Positions 1-8,249 of a DNA stretch of 12,445 nt are shown here, piece after piece. A program made the position numbers and the translations under genes. This DNA is from Candidatus Eiseniibacteriota bacterium. Its GTDB lineage: Bacteria > Eisenbacteria > RBG-16-71-46 > SZUA-252. Under the pieces are notes generated by a model that ran no database searches, was not told where the DNA came from, and saw only the letters and a list, made by a program, of their open reading frames with translations. The stretch's first letter is position 1; each line of letters begins with the position of its first letter. The stretch lies in assembly GCA_031370645.1 (NCBI GenBank), contig JANMQV010000159.1, positions 1 to 12,445 of the forward strand, read 5' to 3'.

Positions 1-114
1 GCGGTAGGCGACCCCCCCACCGACCTCTCCCTCCACAAGAACTCGCCCGGCTACCGACTGATTCTGAACAACGTGCTCTTCCCCGCCGCGGAGAAGAAGG
101 AAAAGAAGACGTAG
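1..114 (+). CDS. 3' end of a conserved protein (partial); resembles the C-terminus of the FCB-group family usually labelled 'asparagine synthetase B' (function uncertain)
   Basis: Frame 1 reads AVGDPPTDLSLHKNSPGYRLILNNVLFPAAEKKEKKT* with TAG at 112-114. It is absent from the ORF track. The GDPPTDL...NSPGYRLILNN(V/I)LFPAA+Lys-rich tail is recognised from memory of that family. Confidence 0.75.
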   Translation, partial: AVGDPPTDLSLHKNSPGYRLILNNVLFPAAEKKEKKT

Positions 115-151
115 CCGGTCCAGTCACGCCCGGTGAATTCCCGGGCCCGGG

Positions 152-161
152 GTGCTATTCT
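152..161 (+). promoter_or_regulatory. Extended -10 promoter element (TGcTATTCT) for a probably leaderless kinase mRNA
   Basis: TG at 153-154 and TATTCT at 156-161, then 8 nt to ATG 170. No Shine-Dalgarno. A weak -35 candidate, GTGAAT at 133-138, has a 17-nt spacer. Confidence 0.55.
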
Positions 162-169
162 CCGCCCCG

Positions 170-3022
170 ATGCTCACCCCCGGCTCCTTCATCGGCCCCT
201 ACCGTATCGACCGTGAAATCGGCCGCGGCGGCATGGGCGTCATCTTCCTCGCCCAGGACACGCGACTCGGCCGTCCCGCCGCCATCAAGGCGTTGCCGGA
301 GGACGTGGCCGCCGATCCCGAGCGGATGGCGCGCTTCGAGAGGGAAGCGAAGGCGCTCGCTTCGCTCACGCATCCGAACGTGGCCGGCATCTATGGGCTC
401 GAGGAGAGCGAGGGGCGAAAGTATCTCGCGCTCGAATACGTCGAAGGAGAATCGCTGGCGGATCGTCTTCTGCGCGGGCCGCTCTCGCCCGCCGACACGA
501 TCGAGATCGGACTTCAGATCGCAGCCGGAATTGAAGCGGCGCACGAAGCCGGCATCGTCCATCGCGATCTGAAGCCCGCCAACATCGTCATCACGTCGGG
601 GGACCAGGCGAAGGTCCTCGACTTCGGACTCGCGAAGGGAAGGGTGGTCGAAAGCTCCAGCGCCTCCAGCCCCACGGACGCGACAAGTCCCGCGGCTCAC
701 TCCCCGACGCTCCTCCATTCTCCGACGATGCAGACCCCGGCCACCATGCCGGGCGTCATCCTCGGCACCGCAGCCTACCTCTCGCCGGAGCAGGCTCGCG
801 GCAAGGTGGTCGATCGCCGCACCGACATCTGGTCGTTCGGCTGCGTCCTCTGGGAATGCCTCACCGGTAAACTGACGTTCGACGGCGAAACCGTCTCCGA
901 CACGATTGCGAAAATTTTGGAGCGCGACGTGAACTGGAGTGCGCTTCCGCCGTCGACGCCGGCAGCCCTCCGCGCCCTCCTGGCGCGATGCTTGGAGAAA
1001 GATCCCAAGCGGCGCCTCCGCGATATCGGTGACGCGCGGCTGGCACTGGAGGAGATGAAGGCGGGCCGTTCCTCCGCGGCGCTCGCCGCGGCCGGAGTGA
1101 TGTCCGAAGGCGCCGCGGCCGCTCTCGATCCCTCGGCTACCAAGGCGGCGAGCACGGCGGCTGCGCGGCGGCGAAATCTCTTCGCCGCGATCGCCTTCGT
1201 GGTCGGAGCGGCTCTCTCGATCGTCGCGTGGAACGCGTTCCATCTGGGCGGCGGGTCGAGATCGGGGGTCATGCACGTCGCGATCTCGGTTCCCGACGAT
1301 CTCCGGGCGGCCGGATTTCAGATGACCGGCGATGGGGAGACCTTCGTGCTCCGGGCCCTGCCCCGCAATCCGGCGCCGGGGCAGGAGCCGATCGCGAATC
1401 TCTACGTACGCCGGTTGGAGAGCGACAAGTACGAACTGCTGGCGGGCACCGAGCGGGTCCAATCGGTGCGCCCCCACCCCGACAACAAGTGGGTCTACTT
1501 CCTGAAGCCGGTCTCCGAACGATCGTCGGAACTCATGATGATGAAAGCGCCGCTCGATGGGAGCGCTCCGGCCTCGGAATTGTGGCGCTGGAATCGGGCG
1601 TGGTCGCAGAGCTTCGTCGTTCTCGAGTCGGGGGACGTGCTTGCCACGAACGACCAGGGGGACGAATACGTGCACCTCTCGGCGGGCGGTGGGCCGGTGA
1701 AACCGCGCAAACTCGAACTCGAGGGGAGCGAAAACGGCGCGAGCTTCGTCGACGTGCTCCCGGGGGATCGAGGCGCGCTCCTTGCCACCAGCACCTACTC
1801 CGGGAATGTCTATGTTCAGAGCGTCGCCGTGCTCGAACTGAAGTCCGGGAAGGCGAAGCGCCTCTTGAGCGACGCGGGCTCGCCCCACTACTCCCCGACG
1901 GGGCACCTGATCTTCTCTCGCCACTCGACGCTCTTCGCCGTTCCGTTCGACCTCGCGAAACTCGAAGTCAAAGGCACGCCTACCGCCGTCCTCGAGGGAC
2001 TGCGGATCAACGCGGCGTGGGGGAACGGCGGCTTCGATGTCGGGGAGGGTGGTGCGCTCCTCTATCCCGCGGGAGGCTTCACCGGAAAGGACCGCCGTAT
2101 CGTCATGCTCGATGGCGAAGGCCGAAGCAGCGATTGGTCAGCCGAGCGACTTCCCTACGAGATCGGCGTCTTCGCGTCGCCCGATGGATCGAAGGCGGCG
2201 TCGGTCGTCGCGACGGCGGCGGGAATCTACGAAATTTGGCTCTCCGAACGGGGCGGAACCTCCGCGCGCCGATACGTCGCGCGCGATGGTGCCGACTGCT
2301 ACAGCCTCCTCTGGTCCCCCGACGGCGCCTCCGTCGCCTACGGGCAAACCGCGAAGTCGGCGGCGGACGGCATCTACACGATCAATGCGGGCGGCACGGG
2401 GGCGCCCCGGCGCCTCGTCAGTTTTCCTCCCGAAGGGAGGTTCATTCCAAACTGCTGGACCCCCGATGGATTGCGAATCCTGTTCACGCGCGTCGATGGT
2501 GAACGGGTCCGAGTCTCTTCGGTCGAAGTCGACGAGCCCGAGACTACTGCCGCCAGAGCCGAATCGCTCTTCGCGGGGGAATCCGGCAATCACGCCAATG
2601 CGGTCGTCTCCCCCGATAACCGCCTCATCGCCTACCAATCGGATGAGAGCGGACAATTCGAGAATTACGTCCGCGCGTGGAACGGTACGGCAGCCGAGGG
2701 GGAGGCGATTCCGGTCGGGAAGTCCGGCAGCGCTTGGGTCATGTGGAGCCGTGATGGCCGGAAAGTGATCTTCCTGGACGACCGGCAGAAATGCGTGCAG
2801 GTCGAAATCGTGACGCAGCCGCGTCTGGGCGCCTCCGCGCCGCGAATCCTCTGGGATTCCCAGGAAGCGAAAACGATCGGCGACAACATGTCGGTCCTTC
2901 CCGATGGGCGGGTGCTGGCCGTCCGGAAGAGCGACACGGAGGACGACCTGACCCGCTTCGACCTCGTCCTCGGATTCCCCCAACTCCTGAAAGAGCGCCT
3001 CCGCCAAGCCGGCGGGAAATAG
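170..3022 (+). CDS. Membrane Hanks-type Ser/Thr protein kinase with a C-terminal TolB/PD40-like beta-propeller region (950 aa from ATG 170)
   Basis: Kinase motifs GRGGMG, AAIK, HRDLKPAN, DFGLAK, GTAAYLSPE, DIWSFG. RRR precedes a hydrophobic TM segment (~1175-1240). Repeated blade signatures SPDGS, WSPDG, WTPDG, VSPDN, WSRDG. ATG 170 is preferred to GTG 152 because MLTPGSFIGPY is the usual N-terminus for this family and the GTG overlaps the -10 element. Confidence 0.95.
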   Translation: MLTPGSFIGPYRIDREIGRGGMGVIFLAQDTRLGRPAAIKALPEDVAADPERMARFEREAKALASLTHPNVAGIYGLEESEGRKYLALEYVEGESLADRLLRGPLSPADTIEIGLQIAAGIEAAHEAGIVHRDLKPANIVITSGDQAKVLDFGLAKGRVVESSSASSPTDATSPAAHSPTLLHSPTMQTPATMPGVILGTAAYLSPEQARGKVVDRRTDIWSFGCVLWECLTGKLTFDGETVSDTIAKILERDVNWSALPPSTPAALRALLARCLEKDPKRRLRDIGDARLALEEMKAGRSSAALAAAGVMSEGAAAALDPSATKAASTAAARRRNLFAAIAFVVGAALSIVAWNAFHLGGGSRSGVMHVAISVPDDLRAAGFQMTGDGETFVLRALPRNPAPGQEPIANLYVRRLESDKYELLAGTERVQSVRPHPDNKWVYFLKPVSERSSELMMMKAPLDGSAPASELWRWNRAWSQSFVVLESGDVLATNDQGDEYVHLSAGGGPVKPRKLELEGSENGASFVDVLPGDRGALLATSTYSGNVYVQSVAVLELKSGKAKRLLSDAGSPHYSPTGHLIFSRHSTLFAVPFDLAKLEVKGTPTAVLEGLRINAAWGNGGFDVGEGGALLYPAGGFTGKDRRIVMLDGEGRSSDWSAERLPYEIGVFASPDGSKAASVVATAAGIYEIWLSERGGTSARRYVARDGADCYSLLWSPDGASVAYGQTAKSAADGIYTINAGGTGAPRRLVSFPPEGRFIPNCWTPDGLRILFTRVDGERVRVSSVEVDEPETTAARAESLFAGESGNHANAVVSPDNRLIAYQSDESGQFENYVRAWNGTAAEGEAIPVGKSGSAWVMWSRDGRKVIFLDDRQKCVQVEIVTQPRLGASAPRILWDSQEAKTIGDNMSVLPDGRVLAVRKSDTEDDLTRFDLVLGFPQLLKERLRQAGGK

Positions 3023-3030
3023 CGTTTTCG

Positions 3031-3044
3031 GGGGCTTCGGCCCC
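3031..3044 (+). terminator. Short GC hairpin with C(UUCG)G tetraloop after the kinase stop; possible weak terminator or 3'-end stabiliser
   Basis: GGGGC-TTCG-GCCCC begins 9 nt after TAG 3022. There is no good downstream U-tract (ACTT), so termination is uncertain. Confidence 0.4.
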
Positions 3045-3046
3045 AC

Positions 3047-3076
3047 TTGCCGCACCCGCCTCGCCGGGGCTACACT
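3047..3076 (+). promoter_or_regulatory. sigma70-type promoter for the bioY gene run (probably leaderless)
   Basis: TTGCCG (3047-3052), 18 nt, TACACT (3071-3076), 9 nt, ATG 3086. The intervening CCCTCCCCT has no Shine-Dalgarno. Confidence 0.6.
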
Positions 3077-3085
3077 CCCTCCCCT

Positions 3086-3709
3086 ATGGTCCTCGCCGAT
3101 AAGATTCGCCCCGGTTTCGCCGGGCCGCCCGCTGTTGCTTCGTCTGATTCCGGTGCCTCCGGCGCTTCACGAGCTGGCGCGTTCGCTTACGACCTCATGC
3201 TGATCGTGGCCGGCAGCGCGGTCATCGCGCTCTCAGCGCAGGTCGCGATGCCGTTGCCCTTCTCTCCCGTCCCCGTGACGGGTCAGACGTTCGGAGTGCT
3301 CCTCGTGGCGTCGCTTCTGGGACGCGTGCGCGGAACGGCCGCTGTTCTCGCCTATCTCGCCGAGGGCGCCGGGGGACTTCCGGTCTTCGCCGGCGCCGCC
3401 GCGGGCCCCGCGAAACTACTCGGCCCGACGGGCGGATATCTCGCCGGGTTCGCACTCGGCGCCTTTATCTGCGGCTGGCTCGCCGAGCGCGGCTGGGATC
3501 GCACGCCGGTTCGCGCGACTTTCAGCATGATCCTCGGCAACATCGCCATCTTCGCGCTCGCCCTCCCGTGGCTCGCGCGCTTCGTCGGCGCCTCGAACGT
3601 CTGGGCCCTCGGCTTCTGGCCCTTCATTCCGGGGGACATCGTCAAAATCGGCCTCGCCGCGGCCCTCCTCCCCTTGGGATGGAAGGCGCTCGGCGCTCGG
3701 GGGCGTTAA
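3086..3709 (+). CDS. bioY: Biotin transporter BioY (ECF S-component), 207 aa
   Basis: Motifs PLPFSPVPVTGQTFGVLL, YLAEGAGGLPVFAG, GPTGGYLAGF and PFIPGDIVK; several TM segments. Start placed at ATG 3086 (MVLADKIRP) rather than TTG 3047. Confidence 0.93.
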   Translation: MVLADKIRPGFAGPPAVASSDSGASGASRAGAFAYDLMLIVAGSAVIALSAQVAMPLPFSPVPVTGQTFGVLLVASLLGRVRGTAAVLAYLAEGAGGLPVFAGAAAGPAKLLGPTGGYLAGFALGAFICGWLAERGWDRTPVRATFSMILGNIAIFALALPWLARFVGASNVWALGFWPFIPGDIVKIGLAAALLPLGWKALGARGR

Positions 3710-3712
3710 CGC

Positions 3713-4732
3713 ATGTACGATCCGACCGTCGAATATTCGAAGAACGTCCTCGTCACCGGGGCTACAGGCGGGATCGGCCGCGTGGTTTGTCGCGAACTGA
3801 TCTTGAACGGCTATCGCGTGCACGGCCTCGTCCGCGACGACATCGCACGCGCCAAGCTCGAGTACGCGGTCATCGCGGTGATGGGCGACATTCGGAAGCC
3901 CGAGGAGTGGGAGAACGCGATCAAGAAGGTCGACACGGTGATTCACCTCGCGCTCCCGGCCGACACCTCCAGCGGCAAGATCGAAAAGTCCGACGCCGAG
4001 AAGCACGCCGCCATGATGGCGGAGGTGCTTCAGCGCTTCGGCGACCTCTGCCGTCGCAACAAGAAGAGGTTCATCCACACGTTCGGCTCTCTCATGTACG
4101 AGCCCGACGCGAACGGATGGGTGCGCGAGAATTCCCCGATCTCCTCGGGGCGTGGATACGGCATCCGCCATCGCGTCGTCTTCCCGGTGCTCCAGGAATT
4201 GCGGAAGCGCGGCCTGAAGGCGATGTCGGTGAATCCGTCGTTCGTCTACGGGATGGGGAGCTGGTTCGAGGGTGGCGTGCTTCGGCCCATGAGCCAGGGG
4301 CAGTTCATGATGCTGGGAGACGGCACGCAGACGATGCATTACGTCGCGGCGAGCGATGCGGCGGTCGCGTATCGCTTGGCGTTGGAGCATGGGGTCGAAA
4401 ACGAGGACTACCTCATCGCCGACGACAAGCCGTCGACGATGGGGGACTGCGCGCGGCTCGTGGCGAAGGAGATGAGCGCCCCCCCGCCGCGCTCGTTTCC
4501 GGAAGAGGAAGCGATCGCGATGCTCGGCGAGTGGGCGTACGAGGCGTACACCTTCTGCCCCAAGGTCGATTCCACAAAGGCGCGCGAGCACCTCGGCTGG
4601 ACGCCGAAATATCGCACGATCGAGGACGGGATCCCCGTCGTCGTTCGTGAATTCAAAAAGGTGCTGGCTGCCCCCCCGATCGACTGGGAAGCCGAAGCGC
4701 GCGAACGCTTCCGCCGCCCGGCGCCGTTGTGA
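3713..4732 (+). CDS. NAD(P)-dependent epimerase/dehydratase family protein (atypical extended SDR), 339 aa
   Basis: Rossmann motif VLVTGATGGIG, plus VIHLA, PSFVYG, GDGTQTMHYV, and LGWTPKY near the C-terminus. Starts 3 nt after the bioY stop. Confidence 0.88.
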   Translation: MYDPTVEYSKNVLVTGATGGIGRVVCRELILNGYRVHGLVRDDIARAKLEYAVIAVMGDIRKPEEWENAIKKVDTVIHLALPADTSSGKIEKSDAEKHAAMMAEVLQRFGDLCRRNKKRFIHTFGSLMYEPDANGWVRENSPISSGRGYGIRHRVVFPVLQELRKRGLKAMSVNPSFVYGMGSWFEGGVLRPMSQGQFMMLGDGTQTMHYVAASDAAVAYRLALEHGVENEDYLIADDKPSTMGDCARLVAKEMSAPPPRSFPEEEAIAMLGEWAYEAYTFCPKVDSTKAREHLGWTPKYRTIEDGIPVVVREFKKVLAAPPIDWEAEARERFRRPAPL

Positions 4733-4754
4733 GCCTGAGCCTGCGCTTCCGGTG

Positions 4755-6044
4755 ATGCGTCGCGCGCTCGGTTTCGTCGCGCTGGCCTTACTCTGCTTCT
4801 CGCTGACGGTCACCGCGGGCACCGTGGATGCCGCCGTGCCCACCCTCATCACCGCCGACCGCTACTTCGACGGGCAGGCCCTTCGCGACGGGCCGGTCCA
4901 GGTCCTCGTGGAAGACGGGAAGATCAAGACGATCTCCGTCGCGGGTGCGCATGGGCTCGCCTCCATCGACGCCGGCCCTGGCGCCGAGAAGATCGACCTC
5001 ACCGGCTACACGCTCCTTCCCGGTTTCATCGACGCGCACACCCACCTCAGTTACCTCTGGAGCGACACGACTCACGCGCCGAACTCTACCGGCGACTTCC
5101 TCGGCTCGCCGATCGTCGTGGCGTTCGAAGCGGCGCGAAACGCGGAGAAAACACTTCTCGCCGGATTCACGACAGTGCGGCAACTCGGAGCGAGCGACGA
5201 CGTCGACCTCGCACTCTCGCAGGCCATCGCTCGCGGACTCACGCGCGGGCCGCGGCTCGTCATGGCCGGCACGCTCTATCCGCCGTTTCCCGGACGTCCT
5301 GATATCCAGTGGCCGCAGGACGGGACCGCCGCTACCCGCGACGAGATGGTGAAGAAGACTCGGACTTACCTGGGGCAGGGGTACGGCTGGATCAAGATCT
5401 ATGAGACGAGCGGCACCTACGACGACACGACGGGCACGCCCTTCTACACCGCCGAGGAGATTGCCGGCGTCGTGGAAGCGGCGCGACCTCGAGGGTGGGT
5501 GGCCGCGCACTGCATGGGTCTTGAAGGGGCGCGCCGCGCCGCGCAGGCCGGCGTGCGTTCGATCGAGCACGGATCGCGCCTCGACCGCGCCACCGCGCGC
5601 GAGATGGCGCGAAAAGGGATCTACCTCGACCCGACGCTCTACCATCTCCAGTGGTACGCCGATCATGGAGCCGCGCTCGAGTACGGCGCCGGCTACAAGG
5701 TGCGACTCGCCGCGCTTCAGCGGGAGCAATTCGCCTCGCTGAAACTCGCGCGCGAGGCGGGCGTGAAGATCGCCTGCGGTTCCGACGCGGTCTACAGCAT
5801 GCACGGCGAAAACGCGCAGGAGATCATTTGGCTCACGCGCGCGGGGCTGACACCGGTGGAAGCGCTCCGCGCCGCCACGACGACGAACGCCGCGCTCCTC
5901 GGGCTCGAGCGGGAGATTGGCCGCGTGGCGCCCGGCTTTGCCGCCGATCTGGTCGCCGTCCCCGGCGACCCCACTCGCGACATCACGGCCGTTACGCACG
6001 TCGCGTTCGTCATGAAGAACGGCGACGTCGCGCGTCGTCCCTAA
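4755..6044 (+). CDS. Exported metal-dependent amidohydrolase (Xaa-Pro dipeptidase / N-acyl-amino-acid hydrolase-like subfamily), 429 aa
   Basis: Signal peptide MRRALGFVALALLCFSLTVTAGTVDAA. Metal motifs PGFIDAHTH, WIKIY, AAHC, SIEHG and GSDA; C-terminal GRVAPGFAADLVAV. ATG 4755 chosen because the ORF-track start 4647 overlaps the SDR gene. Confidence 0.9.
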   Translation: MRRALGFVALALLCFSLTVTAGTVDAAVPTLITADRYFDGQALRDGPVQVLVEDGKIKTISVAGAHGLASIDAGPGAEKIDLTGYTLLPGFIDAHTHLSYLWSDTTHAPNSTGDFLGSPIVVAFEAARNAEKTLLAGFTTVRQLGASDDVDLALSQAIARGLTRGPRLVMAGTLYPPFPGRPDIQWPQDGTAATRDEMVKKTRTYLGQGYGWIKIYETSGTYDDTTGTPFYTAEEIAGVVEAARPRGWVAAHCMGLEGARRAAQAGVRSIEHGSRLDRATAREMARKGIYLDPTLYHLQWYADHGAALEYGAGYKVRLAALQREQFASLKLAREAGVKIACGSDAVYSMHGENAQEIIWLTRAGLTPVEALRAATTTNAALLGLEREIGRVAPGFAADLVAVPGDPTRDITAVTHVAFVMKNGDVARRP

Positions 6045-6057
6045 CGCCGCCGCGCCC

Positions 6058-7683
6058 ATGACCTCCCGCGCCGTTCCCATTTCCATCGTCGTCGCCGGCG
6101 TCGCACTTCTCGGCTCGCTGCTTCTCCTCTCCTCGTGCGGTCCCGAAATTCCGGCCGAGAGCCAGTGGATGTCGCACGTCCGTGCCCTCTCCGACGACCA
6201 CACGCGCGGCCGCGAAGCGACGCTCGAGGGATACCGTGAGGCCTCGGACTACGTCGCGCGCGAATTGAAGCGCTATGGCGTGGAGCCGATGGGAGACTCC
6301 GGCACTTACTTCCAGCGCGTCCCGTTCCGCGCGCGGACGATCGACGAGAAGAGGTGCGACCTCGCACTCGTGCAGGGGCGGCGCGTCATCCCGCTCACGC
6401 TCGGGGAAGACGCCGCCCACTCCATGAAGCTCGACCCGGCCGCCTCCGTGAACGCGCGCCTCGTCTTCGTCGGCTACGGACTCCAGATTCCGGAGGAGGG
6501 GTACGACGATCTGGCGGGGCTCGACCTCAAGGGAGCGATTGCGGTCGTCATGGCGGGAGGGCCCAAGGACGTGAAGGGGCCGCTCCTCGCGCACTACTCG
6601 TATCGGATCGAACAGTGGAAGGCGCTTCGCAAGGCGGGAGCGATCGGCGTGATCCGAGTTCCCGTTGCGGCGATGTCGGAGACGAAGTGGAAACTGACCG
6701 CCCCCTCGCGCCTGACGCCGTCGCTGGTGCTGGAAGGCGAAGCGTTCGACGAAACGCCGGGTCTGCAGATCTTCCTTTACTGGAACGCCGAGAAGGCGCC
6801 GCGCCTCTTTCAAGGTTCGAAACACCGCTATGCCGAATTGGCGAGACTGGCGGAAGCGGGGGAGAGGCTTCCACGCTTCGAACTCCCGTACCGTCTCCGC
6901 GCCCACACCGCCTCCACGGTGCGATCGACGGAATGCCGCAACGTGATTGGGATGCTTCGGGGCTCCGACAAACGACTCCGGGAGCAGTACGTGGTTCTCA
7001 CCGGGCACCTCGACCATCTGGGAGTCGGCGAGCCTGCGGACGGCGACTCGATCTACAACGGCGCGCTCGACAACGCGTCCGGGTGCGCCACGATGCTCGA
7101 GATCGCGCGCATGCTGAAGCGCTCCGGTCACACGCCGAAGCGCTCCATCCTGTTCCTCTTCACGACCGCGGAGGAGTCGGGGCTACTCGGCGCATTCTAT
7201 TTCGCGGCGCACCCGACGGTGCCGGGACGAAAACTGATCGCGAACCTGAACATCGACATGTTCCTCCCGATCCAGCCGATTCGCGGCGTGACGGCCTACG
7301 GCATCGACGAGTCGGATCTGGGCGATGTCTTCCGCCGCGTGGCGAAAGCAGAATCGCTGCAGGTCGTCCCGGATCCAAACCCCACGCGGAGATACTTCGT
7401 CCGGAGCGACCAATATCCGTTCATCCGGAAGGGTATTCCCGCGCTCATGCTCGATTCCGGTTCAATCGACTCCGCCTCCGCCGAAGCGGACAAGGCCTGG
7501 GTGCGCGATCACTACCACCAGCCATCCGACGACGCGGCACAGACCCTCGACCTCGCCGCGGTGGCCCGCTTCGACCGATTCTCGCTGGCGCTGACCCGCG
7601 CCGTGGCCGACGCGTCGAGGAAGCCGCAGTGGAAGCGCGCGAGCCTTTTTCGCCGCTTCTCGTACGGACGTTCATCGCGATGA
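6058..7683 (+). CDS. Peptidase family M28 with PA domain, predicted lipoprotein, 541 aa
   Basis: Lipobox LSS-C27. Zn motifs GHLDHLG, NGALDNASG, AEESGLLGA, NLNIDM, RSDQYPF, YHQPSDD. PA-domain signature LVFVGYG...YDDLAGLDLKG. Confidence 0.93.
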   Translation: MTSRAVPISIVVAGVALLGSLLLLSSCGPEIPAESQWMSHVRALSDDHTRGREATLEGYREASDYVARELKRYGVEPMGDSGTYFQRVPFRARTIDEKRCDLALVQGRRVIPLTLGEDAAHSMKLDPAASVNARLVFVGYGLQIPEEGYDDLAGLDLKGAIAVVMAGGPKDVKGPLLAHYSYRIEQWKALRKAGAIGVIRVPVAAMSETKWKLTAPSRLTPSLVLEGEAFDETPGLQIFLYWNAEKAPRLFQGSKHRYAELARLAEAGERLPRFELPYRLRAHTASTVRSTECRNVIGMLRGSDKRLREQYVVLTGHLDHLGVGEPADGDSIYNGALDNASGCATMLEIARMLKRSGHTPKRSILFLFTTAEESGLLGAFYFAAHPTVPGRKLIANLNIDMFLPIQPIRGVTAYGIDESDLGDVFRRVAKAESLQVVPDPNPTRRYFVRSDQYPFIRKGIPALMLDSGSIDSASAEADKAWVRDHYHQPSDDAAQTLDLAAVARFDRFSLALTRAVADASRKPQWKRASLFRRFSYGRSSR

Positions 7684-8249
7684 GAAACCCCGCGATCGTC
7701 GGCCGCGCGATCTACCTCCGGCCCGTCGAGCGGAGCGACGCCGACGACTTCCAGGTCTGGATGAACGACCAGGAGGTGGTGCGGAATCTGCTCATCCACC
7801 GGCCGATGACGCGCGACGACGAACTGCGATTCGTGGATCGCGTCACCTCGGGCAACGATGCGAGCGAAGCGGTCTTTTCGATCGTGAGGCGCCGGGGCGA
7901 TCTCCCGATCGGAACGACCGGGCTCCATGCCATCGACTGGCGCCGCCGCATGGCCTGCTTCGGGATCGAGATCGGACGAAAGGCGGAGTGGGGGAAGGGG
8001 TACGGCACGGAGGTGACCAGCCTGATGGTCCGCTTCGCCTTCCAAACGCTGAACCTGAATCGCGTCTGGCTCTGGGTCTACGAATTCAACGAGCGCGGCA
8101 TTCGGGCCTACGAGCGCGTCGGCTTCAGGCTCGAGGCGACGCTGAGGCAAGACTGTTACCGCGACGGGCGCTTCTGGGACGTGCACCATATGGGGATCTT
8201 GCGCTCCGAGTGGGAGCGCGCCGAGCGACGGAAGGCGAAGCAGAAATGA
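7680..8249 (+). CDS. RimJ/RimL-family GNAT N-acetyltransferase (SpeG-like fold), 189 aa
   Basis: ATGA overlap with the M28 stop. Motifs IYLRP, acetyl-CoA loop EWGKGYGTE, LNLNRVWL, NERGIRAYERVGF, EATLR, MGILRSEW. Confidence 0.92.
   Translation: MRNPAIVGRAIYLRPVERSDADDFQVWMNDQEVVRNLLIHRPMTRDDELRFVDRVTSGNDASEAVFSIVRRRGDLPIGTTGLHAIDWRRRMACFGIEIGRKAEWGKGYGTEVTSLMVRFAFQTLNLNRVWLWVYEFNERGIRAYERVGFRLEATLRQDCYRDGRFWDVHHMGILRSEWERAERRKAKQK

Noticed and set aside
140..151. Perfect 12-bp palindrome CCCGGGCCCGGG upstream of the kinase
   Set aside because: Low-complexity, all-GC, single occurrence; cannot be distinguished from chance.
155..1924. Long antisense and alternate-frame ORFs (155-1924, 1228-2502, 2138-3055, 3416-4852, 3568-4650, 4788-6203, 6010-7131, 9178-10740 and others)
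   Set aside because: These are shadow ORFs over well-supported genes. They have no recognisable motifs and are explained by stop-codon scarcity at high GC.
3023..3085. BirA operator or riboswitch upstream of bioY
   Set aside because: No TGTAA(C)C...GGTTACA-like dyad is present, and a leaderless layout leaves no room for a riboswitch.
4729..4748. Short GAGCCT tandem repeat at the SDR stop
   Set aside because: Only two to three 6-nt units; no supportable function.
6354..7679. 631-aa ORF 6354-8249 suggesting a long N-terminal extension or frameshift fusion onto the GNAT
   Set aside because: The upstream part is an Arg/Gly/Pro-rich alternate frame of the M28 gene, typical of high-GC DNA. The real GNAT starts at the ATGA overlap at 7680, and no slippery site was seen.
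7988..8245. N-terminal extension of the second GNAT in the ORF track
   Set aside because: It overlaps GNAT-1 out of frame. Homology to GNAT-1 begins at ATG 8246.
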